Below, in pieces: positions 8,692 to 19,791 of a stretch of 64,000 nucleotides of DNA; position 1 is the first letter of the stretch; every line of letters starts with the position of its first letter. The translations under genes and the position numbers were made by a program. Source of the DNA: Deferribacterales bacterium (GTDB taxonomy: Bacteria; Chrysiogenota; Deferribacteres; Deferribacterales; Geovibrionaceae); NCBI GenBank assembly GCA_050251945.1, contig JBFWLW010000004.1:1-64000 (forward strand), read 5' to 3'. Under the pieces are notes generated by a model, which saw nothing but the letters and a program-made list of their open reading frames with translations, was not told where the DNA came from and did not search any database.

Positions 8692-9594
8692 ATGGCAAAA
8701 CCAAACATCGGCGGACAGGCGGTTATTGAGGGCGTTATGATGCGCGCTCCGGAAAGATTCGTAATAGCCGTCCGCAAGAGCGAAAACGAGATAGTCGTTA
8801 AAAAAGAAGATGTTAAACTCGACAGAAACAGGATATTCAAAAAACCGCTTATCAGAGGTCTGATAGCTCTTTACGATTCTCTTATCCTTGGTATACGCGC
8901 TCTTAATTTCAGCGCTTACCATTCAACAGGCGAGGGTGAGGAACACATGAGCAAGTCCGCCACGCTTTTCAGCATGGCAATGGGCATAGGTCTGGGGCTT
9001 CTGCTTTTCATATACCTGCCTTTGCAGATAACCGAGCTTATGAAGCACATTTTACCGAGCCTCCATACATCGTCGCTGCTTTACAACGCGGTGGACGGCG
9101 TTATCCGCGTGGTGTTCTTTGTGCTTTACGTCTGGGGCATATCGTTTCTGAAAGATATAAAGCGCGTGTTCCAGTACCACGGTGCGGAACACAAGGCTAT
9201 TTTCACATATGAAGAGGGTTTGGAACTTAACGTTGAAAACGCCAGAAAGATGAGCCGTTTTCACCCCCGCTGCGGAACCAGCTTCCTTATTATATTAATG
9301 CTGGTGTGCATACTGACTTTTTCGCTTATCCCCAACAATGCGAACTTCTTCGTTAAACTGGGTGCGAGGCTGGTTTTCATCCCCCTGATTGCGGGCGTGA
9401 GTTACGAGATACTTAAATTAAGCGGAAAGTTTCACAGGAACCCGATAGTTAAATTTCTGATAATGCCGGGGCTTATGCTCCAGAAGATAACCACTCAGGA
9501 GCCGGACGACAGCCAGCTTGAGGTGGCGCTTATCTCCATCCGCGCATCGCTGGACATGAAGATACCCGCAGAAGGGATAACGATAGTAGACTGA
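8692..9594 (+). CDS. DUF1385 membrane protein
   Basis: [28 protein letters not shown]; usual position upstream of prfA/prmC. Confidence 0.93.
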   Translation: MAKPNIGGQAVIEGVMMRAPERFVIAVRKSENEIVVKKEDVKLDRNRIFKKPLIRGLIALYDSLILGIRALNFSAYHSTGEGEEHMSKSATLFSMAMGIGLGLLLFIYLPLQITELMKHILPSLHTSSLLYNAVDGVIRVVFFVLYVWGISFLKDIKRVFQYHGAEHKAIFTYEEGLELNVENARKMSRFHPRCGTSFLIILMLVCILTFSLIPNNANFFVKLGARLVFIPLIAGVSYEILKLSGKFHRNPIVKFLIMPGLMLQKITTQEPDDSQLEVALISIRASLDMKIPAEGITIVD

Positions 9595-9601
9595 GGAAGA
9601 G

Positions 9602-10669
9602 ATGTTTGACAAATTACAGGAAGTTAAAACCAAGTACGAGGAGATGACGAAACTGCTCACCGATCCGGAAGTAATTACGGATCAGGAGCATTTCATGAGA
9701 ATATCCAAAGACCATGCGGAGATGCGCCCGGTCGTTGAGAAATACGACGAGTACATGTCCGTTAAAGCGTCTTTGGAAGAGGCAAGGAGCATAGTCGCAT
9801 CATCCGACGACAAAGACCTTATTGAGCTTGCAGAGATGGAGCTTGAAGAGAACAAAGATGCTCTTGACCGCATGGAGGGTGAGCTTAAAAAGCTTCTTCT
9901 GAAGAAAGACCCTTACGATCATAAGAACATTTTTCTTGAAATACGCGCGGGTACAGGCGGCGACGAGGCTTCTCTTTTTGCGGCTGTTCTTCTTAAAATG
10001 TATTCCCGCTATGCAGAGATCAGCGGCTGGAAAGTTGAGATAGTGGATTTCAACGAAACAGGCGTGGGCGGGTATAAAGAGGTTGTGGCGCTTATCAAAG
10101 GTTACGGTGCATACAGCAAACTGAAATTTGAGGCTGGCGGTCACAGGGTGCAGCGGGTTCCCGAAACGGAATCCGGCGGTCGTATTCATACATCCGCGTG
10201 TACGGTTGCGGTGCTTCCCGAAGCGGAAGACGTTGACGTTCATATCGAACAGAAAGACCTGCGGATTGACGTTTACCGTGCAGGCGGCGCAGGCGGACAG
10301 CACATCAACACCACCGACTCTGCCGTGCGCATTACACACATCCCTTCAGGGATCGTTGTTACATGTCAGGACGAGAGAAGTCAGATAAAAAACCGTGAAA
10401 AAGCCATGAAGCTGCTGAAATCAAGAATACTTGAAGCGGAGATTGAGAAAAAGAACTCCGAAGAGGCGGCGAGTAGAAAACTTCAGGTGGGTTCAGGCGA
10501 CAGAAGCGAACGCATCAGAACATATAACTTTCCCCAGAACAGGGTGACGGATCACAGAATAAAGGAATCCGCAAACCTCGACAGGTTCCTTCTGGGCGAG
10601 ATGGAGGATATGATCGACGCGACGATAGCGTTCGATCAGGCTGAGAGACTCAGAGAATCGGGGCTTTGA
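9602..10669 (+). CDS. prfA: Peptide chain release factor 1
   Basis: GGQH motif, [28 protein letters not shown]. Confidence 0.97.
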   Translation: MFDKLQEVKTKYEEMTKLLTDPEVITDQEHFMRISKDHAEMRPVVEKYDEYMSVKASLEEARSIVASSDDKDLIELAEMELEENKDALDRMEGELKKLLLKKDPYDHKNIFLEIRAGTGGDEASLFAAVLLKMYSRYAEISGWKVEIVDFNETGVGGYKEVVALIKGYGAYSKLKFEAGGHRVQRVPETESGGRIHTSACTVAVLPEAEDVDVHIEQKDLRIDVYRAGGAGGQHINTTDSAVRITHIPSGIVVTCQDERSQIKNREKAMKLLKSRILEAEIEKKNSEEAASRKLQVGSGDRSERIRTYNFPQNRVTDHRIKESANLDRFLLGEMEDMIDATIAFDQAERLRESGL

Positions 10670-11487
10670 TGAAGCTGGCGGAGTTCATAGGGTTTGTCCG
10701 TGAAAACTGCCTGCCGAATCGCCATGATGCACTTGAGTTCGCATCAAAAGCGTTTTCAATAGACTATTCAAAGATACCCCTGCATCTGTCGGACGAGGTT
10801 GAGCCGGCGGAAGGGGTTCAAAATATGCTGAAAAGGCTCAGAAATGGTGAGCCGCTGGCATATGTCGTTAATAATAAATCATTTTATGGTCTCGATATGT
10901 ATGTGGACGGGCGGGTGCTGATACCCCGCCCCGAAACGGAGCTGATCGTTTCCGAAATCCTTTCAATGTTTCCTGCCGACACGGAACTTAAAGTGCTGGA
11001 TATCTGCACTGGTTCCGGCTGTATTCCGGCGGCGCTGCTGGCGGAACGACCGCACTGGAAGGCGGACGTTATCGACATAAGTCCGGATGCTCTGGGTGTT
11101 GCACAAATCAATCTGAACAGGTATGCTCATGGAAGGTTCCGTTTAAAACAGGGCGATGCGCTGAAAATGACGGATTACCCCGCATGCAGTTATGACATAA
11201 TAACCTGTAACCCGCCTTATCTGACTGAAAATGAGTGGGAAAATTCACCGGAATCGCTGAAATACGAACCGAAAAACGCGCTCAACGACGGCGGCGACGG
11301 GCTTTCATTCTACAAAAAACTATTGGACATGATACCCGATTTATGCCATAAAAACGGGGTGGCGCTCTTTGAACTCGGGCTTGGGCAGCGTGAGGCTGTA
11401 ACGGCTTGGATTGAAGAGCAAAATTACAGAATTATCAACGATTATCAAGGGATAGAAAGGGTACTGGTTTGGACAAACTCGTTATAG
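10669..11487 (+). CDS. prmC: Release factor glutamine methyltransferase
   Basis: VLIPRPETE, LDICTGSGC, NPPY. Confidence 0.95.
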   Translation: MKLAEFIGFVRENCLPNRHDALEFASKAFSIDYSKIPLHLSDEVEPAEGVQNMLKRLRNGEPLAYVVNNKSFYGLDMYVDGRVLIPRPETELIVSEILSMFPADTELKVLDICTGSGCIPAALLAERPHWKADVIDISPDALGVAQINLNRYAHGRFRLKQGDALKMTDYPACSYDIITCNPPYLTENEWENSPESLKYEPKNALNDGGDGLSFYKKLLDMIPDLCHKNGVALFELGLGQREAVTAWIEEQNYRIINDYQGIERVLVWTNSL

Positions 11488-12728
11488 AAGGCGGCCGCGA
11501 ATTAAACGGCACAATACGCATCAGCGGCGCAAAAAATGCCGCACTCCCCATCCTCTCCGCTGTCATTCTTGCCGACGGCGAATACAACATAAGCGAAGCA
11601 CCCGAACTGGTTGACATCTCGACAATGCTCAAACTCCTGAAAGAGTTCGGTATTTCATCAGAGAGAAACGGAAAATCCGTTAAGATAAACAGCGTTTACG
11701 ATCAGGATGCGTTCACAGCCCCGTATGAACTGGTTAAGACCATGAGGGCGAGTGTTCTGACACTGGGACCGCTCCTTGCCAGAAAAGGAAAGGCTAAGGT
11801 TTCACTCCCCGGCGGATGCGCCATAGGCGAGCGTCCTGTGGATCTGCACCTGAAAGCTCTTGAGGCTATGGGCGCAAAGATATCCGTGGAACACGGCTAT
11901 ATAGATGCAGAATGTCCTAAACTGAAAGGCGCCATAATAAACTTTGACATAGTTACCGTTACCGGTACCGAAAATATAATGATGGCGGCATGTCTTGCCG
12001 ATGGTGAGACCATTCTGCGCAACGCCGCACAGGAACCGGAAGTTGTTGACCTTGCCAGATTCCTTAAAAAGATGGGCGCCCGCATAACAGGGGAAGGCAC
12101 CAGCGAAATTCATATCGTCGGTGTAGAAAAGCTTTACAGCGCTGACTATACCGTTATGCCCGACCGTATCGAGGCGGGAACGTTTATCTGCTGCGTGGGC
12201 GCGGCGGGCGGCAGTGTCGAGATAACCAACGTACCCGTTGACGTTATGCGCACCACACTGGATAAGATAGCCGAGACAGGGCTTAAGATTGAGAGGATAA
12301 ACAGCACCACCATAAGAGTTACCAAGGTGAAACCGCTGATATCCACCGATATCTCGACTGCACCCTATCCGGGATTTCCCACAGATATGCAGGCTCAGTT
12401 CATGAGCCTTATGGCTGTTGCTAACGGTTTTTCAGTTGTCACCGAAAATATATTCGAGAACAGGTTTATGCACGTTGCCGAGCTTAAAAGGATGGGCGCG
12501 GACATTAAACTTAAAGATAAATCCGCAATGATCCGCGGAGTGAAATCGCTCACCGGAGCGCCTGTTATGGCTTCCGATCTGCGCGCCAGCGCAAGCCTTG
12601 TGATAGCCGGACTTATGGCGTCGGGTAAGACAGAAATTTCAAGACTCTATCACCTCGACAGAGGATATGAGGATTTTGTTGAAAAACTTAGCGGGGCGGG
12701 TGCCTGCCTTGCAAGGGTAAAGGAATAA
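11469..12728 (+). CDS. murA: UDP-N-acetylglucosamine 1-carboxyvinyltransferase
   Basis: SGAKNAALP, LPGGCAIGERP, YPGFPTDMQAQ, DLRA; TTG start. Confidence 0.97.
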   Translation: MDKLVIEGGRELNGTIRISGAKNAALPILSAVILADGEYNISEAPELVDISTMLKLLKEFGISSERNGKSVKINSVYDQDAFTAPYELVKTMRASVLTLGPLLARKGKAKVSLPGGCAIGERPVDLHLKALEAMGAKISVEHGYIDAECPKLKGAIINFDIVTVTGTENIMMAACLADGETILRNAAQEPEVVDLARFLKKMGARITGEGTSEIHIVGVEKLYSADYTVMPDRIEAGTFICCVGAAGGSVEITNVPVDVMRTTLDKIAETGLKIERINSTTIRVTKVKPLISTDISTAPYPGFPTDMQAQFMSLMAVANGFSVVTENIFENRFMHVAELKRMGADIKLKDKSAMIRGVKSLTGAPVMASDLRASASLVIAGLMASGKTEISRLYHLDRGYEDFVEKLSGAGACLARVKE

Positions 12729-13360
12729 TGAGAACAGACGACTGCATAAACGTTGCTCTGCCCAAGGGCAGACTGGCGGAAGATACCATAGAACTTTTTC
12801 TTAAAAAAGGAATAACCAGAGAAGGAGTTGTTGATTTCAACTCCCGCATGTTGACGTTCCATGACGAAGTGAATAATGTTAAATTTATGATGGTCAGGAA
12901 CATGGACGTCTCAACATACGTCAGACACGGTGCCGCCGACATCGGCGTTGTTGGAAAGGATATACTGCTGGAATCCGCCGCAGACGTTTACGAATATCTT
13001 GATCTTGGTTTCGGATACTGCCGCCTCTGTGTAGCAGGGGTTAAGGATTCCGATCTTTCATATCGCCACGATATGGTGGTCGCAACAAAATATCCTACAC
13101 TTACAAAGAACTTTTTTGCCGGTAGAGGGGTCTTCGTTGAGACTATCAAACTTTACGGCTCTATCGAGCTTTCTCCGATAGTAGGTCTTTCGGATTTCAT
13201 TGTGGATCTGGTTTCCACCGGACAAACACTGAAAAAGAACGGTCTGGTCGAGGTTGAAACAATGCTGGAATCGACAGCACGCCTCATCGGGAACAAGAGC
13301 ATGGCAAAGGTTAAGTATCAGAGGATACGGGAAATATTGGACGTTGTGGAGTCGGCATGA
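12728..13360 (+). CDS. hisG: ATP phosphoribosyltransferase, short form
   Basis: ALPKGRL, GVVGKD, ATKYP, GSIELSP...IVDLVSTGQTL; 210 aa without regulatory domain. Confidence 0.95.
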   Translation: MRTDDCINVALPKGRLAEDTIELFLKKGITREGVVDFNSRMLTFHDEVNNVKFMMVRNMDVSTYVRHGAADIGVVGKDILLESAADVYEYLDLGFGYCRLCVAGVKDSDLSYRHDMVVATKYPTLTKNFFAGRGVFVETIKLYGSIELSPIVGLSDFIVDLVSTGQTLKKNGLVEVETMLESTARLIGNKSMAKVKYQRIREILDVVESA

Positions 13361-15603
13361 AGAAATCACATTTTTTTTTTATTGCGTTAATTCTATTCTC
13401 ATTTAACGCACTTGCAGCCACCATTGACTCTGTGGAGATAACAGGAAACCGCAGGGTACCCACCGCTACTATTCAGAAATATACAGTTAAACAGGGTTCC
13501 GAATTTGACCTTGCCGCTGTGGACAAGAGTATCAAAGACCTGTTCGCATCAGGACTGATAACAGACGCCACTGTCGACATGAAAGTGGACGACGACAGGC
13601 TTGTGCTTGTTTATCAGGTTTCCGAAAAACCCTATGTAAATAACGTGTATTTCAACGGAAACTCTGAGATCAAAACAAGAGTTCTGGAAGAGACCGTGAC
13701 CCCAATGTCCGGTCAGCTCCTCGACAACAAGAAGGTTGAATCCAATCAGCTTCTCATTCAGGAAAAATACGCTGACGAGAAATTCTATTCCGCTAAGATA
13801 AACGCGGAGGTTGAGGAACGAGGCAACAACTCTGTTGACGTCGTTTACTCTATAGACGAAGGCGTTCAGGCAAAGATATACGATATCAAGGTTGTCGGAA
13901 ACAAACACTTCACTGCGAAAGAGCTGCTTAAAGAGATGGAAACCTCTAAAAAAGGTTTCTGGTCTTGGATTTCCGGTTCAGGCAAGCTGAAAAAGACTGA
14001 ACTGCGCACCGATATGGAAAAGATACGCGCGAAATATCTGAAAGACGGTTATGCGAAGGTGCAGGTCGGCGAACCTGACATCAACATTTCAGACGATAAG
14101 AAAAAAATATATATCACCCTTAAGATAGACGAAGGTATCAGATTTAAGGTGGCAAACATAGACTACACAGGTTATGAACATGCCACGCTGGACGAGCTTA
14201 AAAAAGCCACGTCACTTAAAACGGGCGACTGGTTTAATGTTGAAAGCTATCAGAACGACATCAAGTCAATCACATCCGTTTTCACAGAGAAAGGTTACGC
14301 CTACGCAAACGTTGACCCCGATTCCAAAATGAACGACGAGCCGGCAACCATCGACCTCAAATTTAATGTTGAAGAGAACATGCTGGTGTATATCAACAGG
14401 ATAAACATCAGAGGAAATACAAAATCCAGAGACAGGGTTGTCAGACGCGAGTTTGACATTGTTGAAGGCGATCTCTACAACAGCGCACTGATATCAGATT
14501 CCAAGAAGCACCTTGAATTCTTGGATTTCTATGATCAGGTGCGTATCGCAGAAACAAGGGTCAGCAACGATCAGGTTGATCTTGACGTGGACGTGAACGA
14601 TAAAATGACCGGAATGTTCAGTATGGCAGCAGGTTACTCCAGTGTCGACAAACTGATCGGTACCGTGTCGCTCACACAGAAAAACCTATTCGGTATGGGA
14701 TACGAACTGACAACGAAAGCTGAATTTTCAAGCAGTACGTCAAACTATACCATCAGTTTTGTAAACCCGTGGCTGTTCGACAGACCCTACAGCTTCAGTG
14801 CGGATCTGTTCAACACCAACAGGGAATATGACGACTATGATAAAAAATCGAAAGGTTTTGCTCTCGGCATCGGTCACCAGTTAATCAAACGAAAACTGTA
14901 CGGCAGCGTTAAGTTCAGATATGAGCAGAACACAATTGACAATATTGAAGATGAGGCTGCGGATATCATTAAGGCGCAGGAGGGTGAATCAACTATCATC
15001 AGTATCACCCCGACACTGAGATGGTCTACCACAAACCACCCGTATCTGCCGACGAAAGGAAATCAGAGTACTATATTCACGAAACTGGCGGGCGGACCCC
15101 TCGGCGGCGATTATACATTCGGCAAACTTGGATTTGATACATCGCAGTATGTTACAGTTTTCTGGAAGGTCGTTTTCATGGCACACCTTGAGGGCGGATA
15201 CATACAGATGTTCGACGGCAAAGATGCTCCCATTGCGGAACGCTACAGACTTGGCGGTATGTACAGCATCAGAGGTTACGAATACGGGGACATTTCACCT
15301 GCGGATGAGGACGGAAACAAGTTCGGCGGTACGAAGTACATTCAGAACAACTTCGAGCTTGTATTCCCCATCGCTCCAAGCGCACAGCTTATGGGCGTTT
15401 TGTTCTTCGATCAGGGGCAGTCATATGACGAAGACGAAGCATTCTTTAAACGCGATCTTGTAAGGTCTGTCGGTGCGGGTTTCCGCTGGTACAGCCCCAT
15501 CGGACCGCTCAGATTTGAATACGGTCAGCCACTTAACCCCGATCCGGACGAAGGGCTTTCAGACAAAGGCAGATGGGAATTCTCCATCGGCGGTATGATA
15601 TAA
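13357..15603 (+). CDS. bamA: Outer membrane protein assembly factor
   Basis: Signal peptide, POTRA repeats, IRGY loop motif, WYSPIGPLRF. Confidence 0.95.
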   Translation: MKKSHFFFIALILFSFNALAATIDSVEITGNRRVPTATIQKYTVKQGSEFDLAAVDKSIKDLFASGLITDATVDMKVDDDRLVLVYQVSEKPYVNNVYFNGNSEIKTRVLEETVTPMSGQLLDNKKVESNQLLIQEKYADEKFYSAKINAEVEERGNNSVDVVYSIDEGVQAKIYDIKVVGNKHFTAKELLKEMETSKKGFWSWISGSGKLKKTELRTDMEKIRAKYLKDGYAKVQVGEPDINISDDKKKIYITLKIDEGIRFKVANIDYTGYEHATLDELKKATSLKTGDWFNVESYQNDIKSITSVFTEKGYAYANVDPDSKMNDEPATIDLKFNVEENMLVYINRINIRGNTKSRDRVVRREFDIVEGDLYNSALISDSKKHLEFLDFYDQVRIAETRVSNDQVDLDVDVNDKMTGMFSMAAGYSSVDKLIGTVSLTQKNLFGMGYELTTKAEFSSSTSNYTISFVNPWLFDRPYSFSADLFNTNREYDDYDKKSKGFALGIGHQLIKRKLYGSVKFRYEQNTIDNIEDEAADIIKAQEGESTIISITPTLRWSTTNHPYLPTKGNQSTIFTKLAGGPLGGDYTFGKLGFDTSQYVTVFWKVVFMAHLEGGYIQMFDGKDAPIAERYRLGGMYSIRGYEYGDISPADEDGNKFGGTKYIQNNFELVFPIAPSAQLMGVLFFDQGQSYDEDEAFFKRDLVRSVGAGFRWYSPIGPLRFEYGQPLNPDPDEGLSDKGRWEFSIGGMI

Positions 15604-15637
15604 CGGACATAATATCCAATAGGAGGATTTTAGTAAC

Positions 15638-16156
15638 ATGAGAACCAAACTTTTCTTTCTTCTGCTGATAATGGCGGTATTTTCCGCATCGGCATATGCG
15701 AAAATCGGCGTTATAGACTTTCAGAAAGTTCTGAAAGAGTCTGACGGCGGTAAAGACGTTTACGGAAAGTTGCAGGCAAAAGCGGACGAATATGACAAAA
15801 AGCTCGCCTCTGCCAATGAAACTATAAAAAAGGCACAGCAGGAATATGCGGCGAAAGAAAGCGTTGCAAACGACGATTACAAAGACAAGAAAAGGGGCGA
15901 AATCCAGAGAATGATCAGGGATTTCAACCAGAACAAGGACGACTATTCAAAAGACCTGAAAAGACTTGAGCTCAGATATCTGAAATCAATTCAGGATGAC
16001 GTTCTTAAAATTATCGAGGCGCTCGGAAAAGAACTGGATATGGAAGTTATCCTTGAACAGAACAATTCCGGCGTGCTTTACCTCAACCCGAAAGTTGACA
16101 TAACAGATGTTGTTATCCAGAGATACAACGTCGTATTCAAACAGCAGAAAAAATAA
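15638..16156 (+). CDS. skp: OmpH/Skp periplasmic chaperone
   Basis: Signal peptide, KIGVIDFQ, coiled coil, DITD; between bamA and lpxD. Confidence 0.9.
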   Translation: MRTKLFFLLLIMAVFSASAYAKIGVIDFQKVLKESDGGKDVYGKLQAKADEYDKKLASANETIKKAQQEYAAKESVANDDYKDKKRGEIQRMIRDFNQNKDDYSKDLKRLELRYLKSIQDDVLKIIEALGKELDMEVILEQNNSGVLYLNPKVDITDVVIQRYNVVFKQQKK

Positions 16157-17169
16157 TGAAAGCGTCTGTTCTTGCTGAAAAAACAGGCGGAAAACTTATC
16201 GGAGCGGACACGGAAGTGTCCTGTGTGTCCTCCTTTGAAGAGATTCGGGAGGGCGCGCTCGTTCCGCTGTTGGTGAAAGAACTGCCGGAAGGCGTTCTGG
16301 AATCGAAAGCGGCGGCGTTTCTTGTTAAAACAGGTTCAGAGACCGCATCCGGTAAGACGTACATAGAGGCGGACGACCCCGAGATAGCACTTGTTGCCAT
16401 TCTCGGTCTGGTTCACCCCCGTCCTGTAAGGGAAGCCGGAATACATCTGAGAGCCTATGTCGCGGAATCCGCTGAGATAGGTCAGAATGTGTTCATAGAC
16501 GCATTCGCGTATGTAGGCGAGAACTGCCGCATAGGTGATAACTGTGTCATCCGCGCAAACGTGACCGTTGACGACGGCGTTGTCATGGGCGAAGGGTGCG
16601 AGATATTTCCCAACGTAAGTCTCTATTCCGGTACAAAACTCGGCAACAGGGTTATCATCCATTCCGGCGCTGTTATAGGCGCGGACGGGTTCGGATATTA
16701 CCAGCGGGGCGGAAAGAACGTCAAGATACCCCATGTGGGCGGCGTTATGCTCTGCGATGATGTTGAGATAGGTGCCAACAGCTGTGTCGACAGAGGAAAA
16801 TTCAGCGACACTGTCATTGGCGAAAGCACAAAAATTGATAATCAATGTATGGTCGGACACAACTGCGTTCTGGGCAAAAGCTGCATCATGGCGGGTCAGG
16901 CGGCTCTGGCGGGAAGCACAACCCTTGGCGACTACGTTGTCATGGGCGCGCGTTCCGGAGCGGCTGATCACCTTAATATCTGCTCAAAAACGATGCTTGC
17001 AGGACAGTGCGGAGTGATATCCGATATAGATAAACCGGGCATATACGCGGGATTCCCTCATACATCCAGAAAAGGATGGCTGCGTGAAATAGTGCTTCTG
17101 CGTTCGCTGCCGGATACAATTAAAAGGATTGATGAGATTGAGAGGAAACTGAATGATGATGGACATTAA
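16156..17169 (+). CDS. lpxD: UDP-3-O-acyl-glucosamine N-acyltransferase
   Basis: Hexapeptide repeats, [21 protein letters not shown]. Confidence 0.95.
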   Translation: MKASVLAEKTGGKLIGADTEVSCVSSFEEIREGALVPLLVKELPEGVLESKAAAFLVKTGSETASGKTYIEADDPEIALVAILGLVHPRPVREAGIHLRAYVAESAEIGQNVFIDAFAYVGENCRIGDNCVIRANVTVDDGVVMGEGCEIFPNVSLYSGTKLGNRVIIHSGAVIGADGFGYYQRGGKNVKIPHVGGVMLCDDVEIGANSCVDRGKFSDTVIGESTKIDNQCMVGHNCVLGKSCIMAGQAALAGSTTLGDYVVMGARSGAADHLNICSKTMLAGQCGVISDIDKPGIYAGFPHTSRKGWLREIVLLRSLPDTIKRIDEIERKLNDDGH

Positions 17170-17587
17170 AGAGATAATGACAAAACTGCCACACAGATAC
17201 CCTTTTTTGCTCGTTGACAGGGTGCTGGAGATGGACAGTGAAAGCATAACGGCTATTAAGAACGTCACAATGAACGAACCTTTTTTTCAGGGACATTTCC
17301 CTTCATACCCTGTGATGCCTGGCGTACTCATTATTGAGGCGATGGCGCAGGTTGCTGGGATACACACCATTTCCACTGCGGAAGTGGTTCCGGAAAACGC
17401 CATTTTCTTCTTTATGGGCGTTGACGGCGTGAAGTTCCGCAAACAGGTTGTTCCAGGCGATCAGCTCGTTATGAAGATAAAGGTTATTAAAAAGAAAAAA
17501 GATCTCGTAAGAGTAAAGGCGGAAGCATTCGTCGACGACCAGCTTGCATGTGAGGGCGAACTTACTGCCATTATGCGCGGAGCGTAA
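17153..17587 (+). CDS. fabZ: 3-hydroxyacyl-ACP dehydratase
   Basis: [32 protein letters not shown]. Confidence 0.97.
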   Translation: MMMDIKEIMTKLPHRYPFLLVDRVLEMDSESITAIKNVTMNEPFFQGHFPSYPVMPGVLIIEAMAQVAGIHTISTAEVVPENAIFFFMGVDGVKFRKQVVPGDQLVMKIKVIKKKKDLVRVKAEAFVDDQLACEGELTAIMRGA

Positions 17588-17718
17588 GTGCAGTACGGCT
17601 TTGCCGTGCTAAACGTTGGTCTTAAAAATGCAGGACGCATTTTTAAGAAAAATGAGCGGAGCTTAAGTACAGTACGGCTTTGCCGTATCTGGCGTTAGTC
17701 AAAATAAGCGGAGCGTAA
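17577..17718. repeat. GGA-hairpin element with triplicated fabZ 3' end
   Basis: GCGGAGC(G/T)TAA at 17577, 17656, 17708; inserts contain ACGGCTTTGCCGT and CTTAAAAATGC-AGGAC-GCATTTTTAAG hairpins. Confidence 0.7.
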
Positions 17719-17721
17719 AAT

Positions 17722-18495
17722 ATGATAGATAAAGATGCGGTTATTCATCCGTCCGCACAGATAGCGGACAGCGCGGTGATCGAAAAAGGCGCCTATATCG
17801 GCAAAAACTGTATCATAGGCGAAAACGTTATTGTCGGATACAATGCCGTTGTTGAACGCGACACAACTGTCGGTGACGGAACTAAGGTCGGCATGAACGC
17901 CCATATCGGCGGCGATCCCCAGGACTACAGCTTCAAAGGCGAAGACACAAAGCTTATCATCGGCAAAAACTGTCTTTTCCGCGAATTCTGTACAGTCCAC
18001 AGAGCATCCACAAAAGAGGACGTATGGGAAACCGTCATAGGCGACAACTGTTTCATCATGGCGTACGCCCACGTTGCCCACGACTGCAAACTGCAGAATA
18101 ACGTCACTATGACAAGTTTTTCCGGTCTCGGCGGTCACTGCCGCGTAGGTTCCTATGTTATAATGGGCGGATACGCGGGCGCACACCAGTTCGTTCGTAT
18201 TGGTTCAGGCTGTATGATAGGCGGAAAAGCGACGCTGCTTAAAGACGCACCTCCCTACTGTATGCTTGCCGGAACACCCGCAGAGCTTGAGGGGCTGAAC
18301 AGTGTCGGTCTTAAACGCCGCGGAATAGGTCCCGAGGTGCGCATGGAGCTTAAACGCGCCCTGTCCATTTACATGGATCTGACTGTGAAACTCGTTGACC
18401 TGCCTGAAGAACTCTCCTTCCTCCACCCTTACCCCGAGGTTGTTGAGTTCATCGACTTTATAAAAGACAGCAAAAGAAGCTTTGTAAGAGGCTGA
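17722..18495 (+). CDS. lpxA: UDP-N-acetylglucosamine acyltransferase
   Basis: GGDPQD, MAYAHVAHDC, HQFVRIG, GLNSVGLKRRG. Confidence 0.96.
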   Translation: MIDKDAVIHPSAQIADSAVIEKGAYIGKNCIIGENVIVGYNAVVERDTTVGDGTKVGMNAHIGGDPQDYSFKGEDTKLIIGKNCLFREFCTVHRASTKEDVWETVIGDNCFIMAYAHVAHDCKLQNNVTMTSFSGLGGHCRVGSYVIMGGYAGAHQFVRIGSGCMIGGKATLLKDAPPYCMLAGTPAELEGLNSVGLKRRGIGPEVRMELKRALSIYMDLTVKLVDLPEELSFLHPYPEVVEFIDFIKDSKRSFVRG

Positions 18496-18510
18496 TAAGA
18501 GAGGATATGC

Positions 18511-19311
18511 TTGAAAGCTGCCATTGTTGCCGGATATGGCACACTGCCGAGGATCGCTGCTGAAAATCTGCTGAAAAAAGGCGACAGCGTGCTTGTTGTT
18601 GCGCTGGATGAGGTCGTAAGCACAGGTTTTTCAGACATTCAGGGCATCAGTCTTGAAAAGATAAGCGTTACTCAGGTCGGCAAGCTGATAAAAATCCTTA
18701 AAAAATATGAAATAGAGAGCGTCCTGCTCGCCGGAAAGGTGAACAAGGCGCTCATCTTTTCCAACCTGAAATTCGACCTGCTGGCAGTAAAAATTCTCGC
18801 GGGACTTAAAAACCGCAAGGATGACACCATAATGGATGCCATTTGCAGGCTCATCTCCGCCGAAGGGATACGGATAATGGAGCAGACCGAAGCTCTGTAC
18901 AGTCTGTATCTGCCGAAAGGCGTGTACAGCAGAAAAAAACCGACAGCAGAACAGGAAAAGGATATCGCCTTCGGATATGAGACCGCAAAGGAGCTTGGCA
19001 GGCTCGATATCGGTCAGACAGTAGTTGTTAAAAACAGCGCCGTTATGGCTCTGGAGGCTATCGAAGGAACCGATCTGGCAATTGAGCGCGGATGCCGGCT
19101 GGCGAAAGAGGACGGCGTTGTTGTGAAATGTGCAAAACCGTCACAAGATTTAAGGTTTGATATTCCAACAGTGGGTATTGACACGTTAAAAATTTTATCT
19201 GATAATAAAGGTGCGGTGCTTGCTGTTGAGGCGGAAAGCACTTTTGTAGTTGAAATAGACAAATGCATAAGGTTTGCCGATGAGCATAACCTAATATTTC
19301 TTGCGATATGA
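18511..19311 (+). CDS. lpxI: UDP-2,3-diacylglucosamine diphosphatase LpxI
   Basis: AGYGTLP, LDIGQTVVV, EAIEGTD, QDLRFDIPTVG. Confidence 0.92.
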   Translation: MKAAIVAGYGTLPRIAAENLLKKGDSVLVVALDEVVSTGFSDIQGISLEKISVTQVGKLIKILKKYEIESVLLAGKVNKALIFSNLKFDLLAVKILAGLKNRKDDTIMDAICRLISAEGIRIMEQTEALYSLYLPKGVYSRKKPTAEQEKDIAFGYETAKELGRLDIGQTVVVKNSAVMALEAIEGTDLAIERGCRLAKEDGVVVKCAKPSQDLRFDIPTVGIDTLKILSDNKGAVLAVEAESTFVVEIDKCIRFADEHNLIFLAI

Positions 19312-19315
19312 GAGA

Positions 19316-19783
19316 ATGAAAGCGGAACACATCAACCCTTTTATAACTTCAACAAGCGAAGTTTTCAGAACAATGCTGAGCATAGATCCGGTGCGCGGAC
19401 AGCTTTATGTCAAAAGCGGCGAAAAACTGCCGTACGACATTTCCGGCATCATAGGTCTTGCCGGAGAAGCGAGCGGATTTGTTATTATCAGCATGACAGA
19501 ATCTCTTGCGCTCAAGGTTGTTGAGAAATTCATCGGCGAAAAGAAAGAAAAGATAGACGATGACGTTATGGACGCTATCGGCGAGATACTCAATATGATC
19601 GCGGGCGGAGCCAAACAGATTTTTTCCCGCACGGGAACAAAGTTCAAGATATCAATACCCAATGTGGTCGTCGGAAAAGACCATGTTGTCGGCAAACAAA
19701 AGAACGTTCAGTGCCTCGGAATGACCTTCAAGGTCGGCGAAGAGATGTTCGTCATCGAGGTCGCCCTTAAAGACGGAAACTGA
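19316..19783 (+). CDS. cheX: Chemotaxis phosphatase CheX
   Basis: INPFI, ISGIIGLAG, DAIGEILNMIAG; start set at MKAEH. Confidence 0.9.
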   Translation: MKAEHINPFITSTSEVFRTMLSIDPVRGQLYVKSGEKLPYDISGIIGLAGEASGFVIISMTESLALKVVEKFIGEKKEKIDDDVMDAIGEILNMIAGGAKQIFSRTGTKFKISIPNVVVGKDHVVGKQKNVQCLGMTFKVGEEMFVIEVALKDGN

Positions 19784-19791
19784 TCCCCGCC

